This document shows, piece by piece, positions 41,934 to 52,800 of a stretch of DNA of 64,000 bases (the stretch's first letter is position 1; each line of letters begins with the position of its first letter). Below the pieces are notes generated by a model, which was not told where the DNA came from, made no database searches, and saw only the letters and a list, made by a program, of their open reading frames with translations. Both the position numbers and the translations under genes were made by a program. The stretch comes from Selaginella moellendorffii (Eukaryota; Plantae; Lycopodiophyta): positions 1,358,293 to 1,422,292 of the forward strand of contig NW_003314289.1 of the NCBI RefSeq assembly GCF_000143415.4, written 5' to 3'.

Positions 41934-43576
41934 TCAGCCAAGATTGCAAACTTATATATTGGAAATCTTTTCCCCCGTGTTTCGCAAGCAACGAACATGT
42001 TACGTTTAAAGCTCGCTGCTGTTTGCTGTTTGATTGTCTCCTTTTACTTTTCCTCTGTGATTTCTTTTCCTTTTTTGCTCGGAAAACATATATAAAAACG
42101 ATAGAGAGACAAATTTGCATGTCAATAACCGTGGCATGATCAAAGCAAATCGCCCATCGAGATTTCAGGATTAGTTGCTACCGTTACCAAAGCGCGAAAA
42201 AGAAAAAACTTGATATTTTGGTTTTCTGGTGGAAAGCCTCGCGTCACAGGTGGTATAGTTTTTCCCCCGCCGCCCCCGCGCGTGTTCTTTGCGTTGATCG
42301 AGATCACGGGGCCGTACAGAGAGCCTGAGAGCCTTTTTCTGCGAGACCCCTCGTACGGAGCCATGAACATGGTGGGCATGTGACACAAGGTTGAAAATTT
42401 TGGAAGTTTCGCTCAGACTTTGGCCACCGTCGGGCAGACAAAACAGACGAGATCATTTCACGACGCTCGCAGCTTTCACACCTCTTTTATTTTTATATTT
42501 CTAATTTTGTTTTGTTTATTTATGGTTGACTTTATGTGTTTTGACTTAATGTTGTTGTAAAAACATAGATATAAATTGTAACTTGGTCAGCAACACACTA
42601 AAAAGCCAACGCATTCAAGAGCCATGGTAATTTTCGAGAATTATTCAAATGAAATAATATGAAATAAAAAATGTTATTTTTCTAAGCACTACCGTACCAC
42701 CACAAATGTTTTAGATCGTGCATTGGTTTGACATTTTTGTAAGGCATTAAGTGCCACCATGTGTTTTGATTCGGTCTATAATATTTTAAATTTTAAATTC
42801 TCCTGTGCTCGCCAATGCACACCCCACTGATCAGACAAAGATGCAAGCAAAGTTCACGTAGAGCAAAAATTCGAGGGAAGAATTAAAAGGATAAAAGAGA
42901 AGCTGTGTCTTTGACGAGAAACAAAGCAAGCACACTGACATGGGAATATCTCAGAAACAAAGAAAAGATTCGTAGCGTAGCATCGTGTTGGACGCTATAA
43001 TTTCTTTGGCGCACGGTAGCGACCGGCTTTGTCAAAAGATGCACGCCTTGGAGCAGTGAAAATGGAGAAGTTTCCACTGTGATCTCAATCGACCGAGCCG
43101 ACCGATACAATTCGAGCCGGTGCTCTGGAAAAGGCTCACGCATCTTGACTTGGGCGATCGATCTACATCGGTGGAAACTCGCGAGCCCGACTGTAGAAGC
43201 ACGATGAATAGATCTGGGATTAGTTTAAGACGCTTAGGAAGCTTCCCGGATTAGAGAAAAGGAAGAAACTCGAGAAAGCAACAAAACCAGACCTTCGGCA
43301 GCAACGCAAGTTCACACAACTTTGATCGTTTGATGGAAACGGTACTTTATCTCTCGTTTCTCTTCTTTTTTTTCTTCTGTAAAGCGAGACTTAGATCGGC
43401 AACGATCTGCAAAGCTAAAACTACTAGCTTTCAAACAGAGAGAGCGAGCCAACATAAAAAATAAAATAAAAACTCAAGAACTCTACTTAGAAGAAACATA
43501 TACAGCAAGCTTTTCTTCTTCACCTTTGTCTATCAGACCTGATTGACGCGATCGTCGAGATTATAGCGGATGATCT

Positions 43577-44413
43577 TCACGAGCAGCCGAAGCAGTTGCA
43601 GGAAACCGGAGTGAAGGAGCAAAGGCCGAATGGGACCCTTCTCAGCGAGCAATTGATGTTGTAACAGCATCCTGTTAGAAAGCAATACTTCCTTGTCTGG
43701 TCCGTGCAGCACGTACATGGCGCGCACTCACGAAAATCTCCCAGCCTCCTCCTCCTGGCACTGCTGTTATTGAAAGCCTCATAACGAATGCCTGACGCTG
43801 GAAACGTATCACCCGGGGCACTTTGATTGGAAGCTAGCGGAATTTGGCTAGAGCTAGACTCGCACTGCAGAGAACAAAGAGAAAAGATCGAAAACTAGAA
43901 AGTGTGAGTGACAAAAAATGGGTGGTTTTTAAATGCGAGACACAGTCAACCAACAACAACAGAGATCATAGCTAAACACCTGTGTCAATCGATAGGAAAA
44001 AATACAAAGGAAAGAGAAAGCAAACGAATAAAAGCATGTAAACATCTCCTAGCTACCTCTGACCAACAGCGCAACCTCTTTATGGCGTGAAAGCCCAGCA
44101 ATTCTAAACAAAGCTTAAGAACTATTAGAATATAGCATGCGACGCGAGCAAGAAATCCGGTCAATCCAGGAGGAGAAAAGCGAGAAATCCAAGGAAGAAC
44201 ACAAGGCAAACACACAGATCATACTATAATTTAGTACTCGACCTTTGCGATTCCTTGCGATTGCGCTCCATCTAGCCGCATCGGGAAACCAATCGGTGAA
44301 ATATTCTCGAAATGTAGCTTAGATTTCTCACCTGTGAGAGTGGGACTCGCGAGCGCGATCGAAATCACAATGGCAGCCAGCAGCAGCTGCCGCCACAGCA
44401 AGCGCCGCGCCAT
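43577..44413 (-). CDS. Secreted 12-Cys peptide of a conserved plant family (DUF7866-like), ~3 exons
   Basis: Signal peptide MARRLLWRQLLLAAIVISIALA; last exon RRRRLGDFRECAPCTCC...CCYNINC...PFGLCSFTPVSCNCFGCS*; middle splice sites inferred. Confidence 0.8.
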
Positions 44414-44791
44414 ACAATCGCCGCGAGCGCGCCGCGAAACCTAGAAATCCTCGAGCGCCGCTGCCAATGCTGCCGATAGCTTTCCAAGAATCTGCCAGTG
44501 CATTGCGCTGAGCATTGCCGGAGGTGGAATCTACACAAAGAATGGCGCACCGAGGGAAGAAATCGCGCTGTGGATGGAAGCCGCCTCGCCGCGCCTCACC
44601 TCTCTTTCCCTCTCGAGGACGAAAAACAAGCAAGTGAGATCCAACGTCATCCAGGCATGACACGCACACTAAAAGTAAAATGACGTGGCTCAACAGAGAG
44701 CGTCCGATGAGCTCAATTAATACAGGTAGGAAACATTTACTCTGCATTTATCAAAGTCATCTATGTAATGCGTGCTTGCTTAGCACAAGCT

Positions 44792-44835
44792 GACGGTTTG
44801 GCCGAGTGGTCTAAGGCGTTGGATTTAGGCTCCAA

Positions 44836-44866
<31 letters not shown>

Positions 44867-44871
44867 CGTCA
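44792..44871 (+). tRNA. tRNA-Leu(TAG)
   Basis: GACGGTT/AGCCGTC acceptor, TGGCCGAGTGG A-box, TTGGA-TTTAGGC-TCCAA anticodon arm, long variable arm, GTTCAAATC. Confidence 0.96.
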
Positions 44872-45003
44872 CTCCCAATTGGTTATTATTATTTTTTCAA
44901 GTTCTTCTCGTGGTGTCACGTGAAATCTCTTCCTGGTATAAAACAAACCATTTGTAGTCCATCCCATTTATATGGTGACTTTGCGACTCAAATCCCAGCA
45001 GCT

Positions 45004-45490
45004 ATGGCGATCTTTAAACCTTTGTTTGTGCTGTCGATCCTTACGCTGCTAGTCGCAGGTTCTCTCTTTTTTAGTTTTCCAATTATCTTACTCGATTTTG
45101 CTTCATGTTCTTCCCAGACACCACGGCAAAGATCTGGTTTTTCGATCACTTTGAAAGAACAAACAATTACCGAGAGGAGCGGCCGGTGAGTATCGAAAAC
45201 CACGCGATCTCTGTTGATAAAGCTTCGATCCAGAACCGGAAGCTAGCAGGGACGGACCAGTTAAGAGACTGTAAGTAGCAAACACTCACTTTTGAGTTGG
45301 CTAGAGATTTTCTCCGCTTGCTGTAGTTTGCTCTATCCGGCCAAAATGTATACCTACAGGAGCATACGTCGAGTGCATCAATGGAGGGCGACTTGGATGC
45401 AAGTGTACCTGGATTTCACGCTGCGTCCCCGCTGCTTCCGAGTGCTACTTCCACACCAGTAAGAAAAACTTCACCTCCTGCGGGTTCTAA
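45004..45490 (+). CDS. Secreted 8-Cys peptide, 107 aa, 4 exons (45004-45058, 45118-45185, 45234-45270, 45327-45490)
   Basis: Three GT-AG introns give one open frame: signal peptide, pro-region with RKL, then FCSIRPKCIPTGAYVECINGGRLGCKCTWISRCVPAASECYFHTSKKNFTSCGF*. Confidence 0.72.
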
Positions 45491-45526
45491 CCACGAGAAG
45501 AACAAAGCTCTCTTGCTGATAACTCT

Positions 45527-46327
45527 TTAGTTTGGATGGAGCTTGTTGGAGAACTTGACATCGGGTCCATATTTCTTGAGCAGCGTGTTGTAAGTTTTGA
45601 GCTGGCTAGCCTCGTATTCTTGAGTCTTGGGATCTGCCATTAGCGTCAGGGAGAACGATATACCTCGCAGTGATATGAACTGGATGATGTAGTATGGCAC
45701 TCCCAAAACTTTGTCTTGCTTAAACGACGCCGTCGCAACTCTCCTGACGTACATGGTCATTTCTTGCTTGCCATCGTCGTGTACCAGGCAAGCGTCCCAG
45801 GCGTCCTCTTCGGCGTCGCTGTAGCGAAACATCTCCATCGGGGTCCTCGTTTTCCACTGCCCAGTGTGTGTATTAATGTAAAGGTGGACCTACAATCACG
45901 AAAAAAAGAGAGCTTTAGAAAACAACATCGTTGATCCCCAAGAAAAAGAGAATCAAAGGATCGGCCTCAGTAAAGGACTTTGTTAGCTCCATCGCTAGAG
46001 CTAAATTATCAGGATAGATCATCAAGAGAGATCTTTTTTGTCGTCATGGGCAGATTCTAGTGGGCCAAAATCAAATAGCGACAGCCATACCTTTCCGAGT
46101 TCTCTCGCTTCCTCGAGAAAATCCTGGACGCTGACCTCCGCGCCGGCATTTACCCTAGCGCTCATCGAAATCGCGGCATTCACCGCCGGAATCGTCCGAC
46201 GCGAGAGCGCAAGACATTCAGCACGCCGATGGAGCAGCGCCGCTGATCCTGGCCTCGCGCAAGACGGAAATCCCTGGCGCGGCGCCGCAATGGAAGAAGG
46301 AAGCGCCCAGCTGCTCAATGCCGCCAT
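45527..46327 (-). CDS. Putative plastid-targeted ChuX/HutX-like (haem-utilisation carrier fold) protein, 2 exons (intron 45890-46090)
   Basis: Ala/Ser/Arg-rich transit-like N-terminus; mature part DFLEEARELGK|VHLYI...YIIQF...SLTL...EYEASQL..Y..L.KKYG resembles cyanobacterial HutX-family proteins. Confidence 0.65.
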
Positions 46328-46873
46328 CGCCACTGTTTAAATAACAAAGCCCTAACGGAATGTTCTCTGTTTACTGCTTCCTCCGCTTACCTAACAGAGG
46401 ATTTGAGAATATACTACTAAACGAGGAGAATCTTGGGAATTGTGTAACGTATTTTTACCTCGTGTGATCCAGCCTGGCTGGCCTTCAAAGGAGCGAGGCT
46501 TATAGTAAATCTTTTATTCCAATCCATTGTCCTTTCGGCTTCTCTATAGTGGACACACTCACACACAAAGTTCTTCTCTGGAAGAGAGCTATGGCGGTTT
46601 TCGGCCAAACTAGGTAGAAAGAAAATGCGGCTTCTTCTCGAGGTAATCTAATCCGCTAGAGTGTTGGCGCGGCACCTATCGATTCTTGAGTGTCTCTCAC
46701 GCCTGACATCGCTGGAATGAGCGCCATTCAGTGCTGATCTCGAGCGCATTGTGGTGGAACAGGGTATGGCTGCCGCGATCATCATGTAGTGCCTCCGATT
46801 TCCAGTGATTTCTCTCGGATTCTCGACGGCCAGGGGCTGCTAGGACGATATTTCGAGAGATTTCCGGGGCTGA

Positions 46874-49814
46874 ATGGCCACGCTACAGGATCTGGGCGTG
46901 GCGGCGGCCATCAACATCATCTCGGCCTTTATCTTCCTCCTCGTCTTCGCGTTCCTCAAGCTCCAGCCGGCCAACGCCAGGGTTTACTATCCCAAATGGT
47001 ACCTCAAGGGAGTCCGCCAGGGCAGCTCCAGGGGCGACGAGCGAGGATCTTTGCTCCGGTTCGTGAACTTGAACTACAAATCTTATCTACATTTCTTGGA
47101 TTGGATGAGGGACGCGCTGCGAATGCCGGAAGGGGAGCTCATCGCTCACGCTGGGCTTGATTCCGTTGTCTACCTCAGGATATACCTTCTCGGGTAAAGT
47201 TTTCTTCTTTTTTTTTGTTTACAATGTGTGGCATTCTTTGGCTGTGTTCTCACGCAACTTTGTTCTCATTTATTCGTTTTGTGTGCCGTTCCTTTACAGG
47301 CTTAAGGTCTTCGTCCCTTTGATGTTACTCGGGTTTTTGGTGCTGGTCCCTGTGAACGTGACGGACTCAAACATCCAAACTGGCAAAATTTTCGGTACCG
47401 ACATCGATAAAATCTCACTCACCAACATCAGGGAGAAATCCCCAAGGTTTGACATTGTGAAATGTTTCTCTTTCCATGTGTGAGGTTTGAAACGTTCTTT
47501 TTTTGTTTTCTCAAGGCTGTGGGCGCACGTTGTTATGACATATGTATTTACGGCATGGACGTGTTTTATGCTCTTCACGGAGTATAAGACGGTGGCACGT
47601 ATGCGTTTCCAATTCCTTGCCGCCGAGGCCCGCCGCCCTGACCAATTCACTGTCAGTAATGTTCGCTGTTTTGAGATTCCAGGTCTGACTCTACCGTTGT
47701 TTGTAGGTACTTGTTCGGCAAGTGCCTTTGGATCCGGACGAACCCATTAGCACGCATATCGATCATTTCTTCCGCGTGAATCATCCTGACTACTATTTGT
47801 GCAATCAGGTGATCAAATGAAACTCTCCTGCCTTGGTTTTGAAATGCTGACTGTATTGAGTTTTTAAAGGTTATCTATAATGCAAACAAGCTAGCAAAGC
47901 TAGTCAAGAAGAGAGAGGGGCTGCAAAACTGGCTGGACTATTACCAGCTACAGTTCCAAAGAAAAAACACGGAGCGGCCTATGACCAAGGTATGGTCACT
48001 GTTTGATATTGAGTTCTGTTTAAAATAACTTGGTGTAATACAGACTGGCTTATGGGGTCTGTGGGGACAGAAAGTTGATGCAATCCAATACTATACCGAC
48101 GGTATAAATCAGATCTCGAAGGAGGTAGCTCTTTTACTTGTTATTTACGAATACTTTGAGGTGATTATTATTCTTTGCAGGCTACAGTAGAGCGTGAACG
48201 TGTTCTCAACGACGACAGTTCAAAGCTTCCTGTAGCTTTTGTATCTTTCAGGTCAAGATGGGGAGCGGCAGTCTGCGCACAGACACAGCAAACCAGGGAT
48301 CCCACAGTATGGCTGACGGAGTGGGCTCCTGAGCCTCGAGACGTATACTGGCGAAATCTTTCGGTTCCGTATCTACAGCTCACCATGAGAAAGCTGTTCA
48401 TAACCGGAGCGGTTTTCCTGCTCATCTTTTTCTACATTATTCCCGTGACATTTGTGCAGTCGTTGGCCAACCTGGAAGGTATTGAGAAGAAGCTAACGTT
48501 CCTGAGGCCAATCATTGAAGCGTAAGTTCTTGAATCTCATCCGTGGTTTTCGGGAAAAAGACGCTGATCCGTGATTTCCAGGAAGTTCATCAAGTCGTTC
48601 CTCCAAGGTTTCCTTCCCGGTCTGGCACTCAAGCTGTTTCTACACTTCCTTCCAAAGCTTTTGATGTTTATGTCCAAGATAGAAGGCCATCTGGCTTTGT
48701 CGCAACTCGAAGTATCAACATCAGCAAAGTACTACTACTTTATGGTCGTCAACGTCTTCTTTGCCAGTGTGATCGCTGGAGCAGCGTTTGAGCAACTTAA
48801 AACCTTCTTCCAGCAATCTCCAAGCCAGTAAGTCTCTACCAGCGGGTGGCTCGTGACTGACCAGAAGTTTGACAACAGGATTCCTGTGATATTAGCTGGG
48901 AGTATCCCACAAAAAGCAACATTCTTCATCACATATATCATGGTTGACGGCTGGGCCAGCATTGCAGCAGACATCATGCGTATAAAACCGCTGATCGTTT
49001 ATCACTTGAAGAACATGTTCCTGGTTAAAACTGACAAAGACCGAGAGAATGCAATGAGTCCAGGGAGTGCAGGCTTTGACACTGTCTTCCCTCAGCTAGA
49101 ACTCTATTTCTTACTTGGAACCGTCTATTCTATTATCACACCATTCATTCTCCCATTTATAATCGTGTACTTGGCATTCGCGTACGTGGTCTATCGACAT
49201 CAGGTACATTTTCTTTTACAGATAGTGGTACAAACGTTCTAACGCTTTCTCGCCTTTTTCTTTCTTTGTTCTTTATATTTGTAGGTGATCAACGTGTACG
49301 ACCCCGAGTACGAGAGTGCAGCAGCCTTCTGGCCGCATATCCACAACCGGATCATCGTCTCACTTCTCGTCGAGCAAATTACACTGTTTGGAGTTTTCGC
49401 CGGGAAGAGAGCCGCCGCCTCCACTCCTCTACTTATCGGTCTCCCGATCATGACGATAGTTTTCCACTACTACTGCAAGAATCGCTTCGAGCCGGCGTTC
49501 CGAAAGTATCCACTAGAAGTAAGTGAAAGTTGTTTTGCTCTTCCGCGTATCTAGCAAATCTCATTGTTTCTTTTCTTGCTTCGCAGGAGGCAATGTCGAA
49601 GGACATTGTCGACAGAGCTACACATCCAAACTGGAACATCAAGACATATCTCCAAAACTCATATATGCATCCGGTGTTTAAGGACAGTGAGGAGGAAATG
49701 GATGAGGAGGGATTTGACGCCGAGAGGTCAACGCTGGTTCCCACGAAGAAGAGCTCGCGCTCCAACACCCCAGCTCCCAGCGCCAATGGAGAAGAATCAC
49801 CGTTTCACGGTTAA
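46874..49814 (+). CDS. OSCA1: OSCA1/CSC1-type osmo/mechanosensitive Ca2+ channel (multi-exon)
   Basis: MATLQDLGVAA, QPANARVYYPKWYLKG, AGLDSVVYLRIY, AFVSFRSRWGAAVCAQTQQ, WAPEPRDVYW, KATFFITYIMVDGW, YESAAAFWP. Confidence 0.96.
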
Positions 49815-49899
49815 ATGTATTTCATCCCTTTGATTAAGGTGTAATTGTAAACACTGTGGACAAGAAGTTTTCTCTCTGAAGGATTTGCATATTGTTGAT

Positions 49900-52800
49900 T
49901 GTACCAAGTTAAAAGAGTTGATTGTCAATGAATTGTACAATGGAAGCAAGGTTTCAAGGTGGACAGTGGAGGGCTGCTGCAAGCTTGAGGGGCTTTAGCA
50001 TCTGTAACTCAAACTCATGTTTGCCTCTCATCCAGGAGCTCCATCTTTTACATTCTCTGTCTTTACCAAGGAAAGCTTTTGAGGTGTGGTAGGGGATTGA
50101 GAATGTGGAAGATAGCTTTTACTTATTCACTAAGAGGTAATCTTCTTTGCTTTGCATGTTTTGATTTAAATGTGGTTGTGAAAGGCAAATTTTTCTGTAT
50201 GTTTGGAGATAAATAATATTTTTATTTAGATTTTGCATTGTTTAAATCTCTTTTGTTTCTATTTCTTTCAATTCAATCTTTTGTAACAATCTTTTCCTTC
50301 TCTTACTCTAGAATAGCAATTGGTGCATTTGTTTAATGCTATATGATTGCAATTGAATAATCAAACTTAGTTAATGATGGTATTCATGACACGTGGTGTA
50401 ACTTCTTCTGTTTTTACTATTAATTCTTACATCCAATTAGATTTTGAGTTTTACAATGTTCTTTCTTTAAGTGTTACTTATTTAAAAATTATAAAAAATA
50501 AAATTTAGTGGAAATCCCTTTCTTCTTTCTTTATTTCAAAGCACAAAGCATATAAAAATGGCATACTACTAGCCACTAACTTCAAATATAATAACCTCAT
50601 AACAATGTGAAGAAAAATTCAAGAATTAATAGGATTTCTATCAATTTTTTTACTCATCATTTTCAATTATGATAACCTCATAATAGTGTGGAAAGAGTTT
50701 GAAAAAACAATGGGAACCTCATTGACTCCTTCACCAAAGGATTTATTCTAACTACTTTTCCTACCAAATCCTCACATATAGATTGAATTGTCTTTTTAGA
50801 CATTTTAAAGTGCACATTTAAATATACTAATAACTTATAAGTTTTTAAATTTAGACATACCCCAACTCAATAAGCCTAAGGATATTTAACCTCAAATATC
50901 CCAATACCCTTAATTGATTAAAAACGAATGTGCACTCTTATTCATGTGCCCTTTCCTTTATATTTAAAATTTTATTAATTAATTCTTAAAGTTATTCTCT
51001 TTAGTTTCTTATGTGATTATGATGATGCCTTTCACCAATTGTATTGTTTCTGTCAAAATCCATTTAAGTTAGTTATGCAATTTAATATTTGCTTTTGAAG
51101 CCTTTTTACTTTTTGTGGAGTTGAATATGTCAATATAGAGAGTTAATCTTTAGGACAAGCTTAAAAACTTATTAAATATGGAATAGTGTTAGATCATAAA
51201 TTGGGACATTGAAATAACATCATGGTGTTTATGACATTTTCTAGATTTTATATATATGTCATACTACCAAATTTAGACATTTACCATAAATAACACTTAG
51301 AACCAAAATGGGACTAACAAATCCCAAGAGCCGAGATTGATCAATTGGAGTAGGGGCATTGGTGTACACATCCAGCTATTGAAAACTTATAAGAAAAAAT
51401 TACTCATTAACACTTTCTTCATTTGCTACTTTAGTGACAAAAAGATATTCAATTGGTCCAAGGGTTTGCAAGAAACAAATGTGAAATGTAACTTTGTTTT
51501 CATTTGCTTTGGAATAAATTTTCATAAATTGAGTAATTACCTTTATTGACTAATATGAAGAAAATAACAAAGGATATCTTATTATAAAAATAAGCTTTGA
51601 AAGTGAATACATGATGAATTAATGCCAATTGAACCCTTTGATAATATTCCCAAAAAATGAATAGAAGGGTTACTAATTTATTTGCAAAAGGCCCCTTCAC
51701 TACTCCTATGATTCCTTATTTTCTAAAAGAATTTAAATATTAACACTTTCCACCATAATAGCACTAATAAGACGTTAACATTAAGGTTTTATCACAAATG
51801 TAATTTCAAGTATTGAAAAGTACTTGTAGGGCACTTTATATGAACACTCTTTCTTTATTGCCATAATGGCAAAAACTCGGTACAATTGGTTCCTTTTATA
51901 GTTCCTAGTTGAGTTACTTGAGAAATTAGTAAGTATATGTGTGTTTAGATTGGATAAATATATACTTCCTAGTTGAGTTACTTCAGAAATTAATAAGTAC
52001 ATGTGTGCTTAGATTGGATAAATATAAAGTAGGAACTCTTATGTGTTTTTAGTTGAGCACATTTAACCTGTTTAAAGTTTAGGGTATAGGGTTTAAGTTT
52101 AAAGTTTAGAGGGCTAAGCATTAACTAACCTAATGCTATTACTTTAATGCTCAAATAAATAGATTTTCCCATAATGGATTGTTGTAGAAGAGTGCAATTT
52201 GATTTAATCCACTATGTTGAACATGCAAAAGTGGTCATCACACACCAAGAACATTCTTTATGGTTTAAAGTTTAAAGGGCTAAACATTAACTAGCCTAAT
52301 GCTATTACTTTAATGCTCAAGTAAATAGATTTTAATACAAGTAGATGTGCACCCCTATTTGTCAACTCATCTACAACTTAATTTTTAGTGATATTATAGT
52401 GCCTTTTGACCTTATAAAAATGAATTGGAACAAGTAATATTCTAATAACCCAAAAAATCTTTTGGATGATGTTTGCATTTGGGTGGCTTTTGGGTCTTAG
52501 ACATAGATCTCCACTAGTGTCAAGAAATCATGATTGTCCATATATATAAATATTAGCTTGCATAAATCCCATTGCTATTCCATCTCTAAAAAAATTTCAA
52601 ATACTTATAACAAGAGCTTAAATGTGATAGTAAACTTTATTTCTAAATTATTGTTTGGTCTTTTCCCATAAGTAAGTTAGATAGAAACTCTTAAGATAAA
52701 TACTCTATAACTTCCAAAACTTTGCACTTCAATAATTCATTAATGAAAATTTACAATTTATGGTTATTCACTACCATTTGTGACATATGCACAATTTTAT

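Noticed and set aside
52077-52095. Telomere-like TTTAGGG run
   Set aside because: Only about two degenerate units
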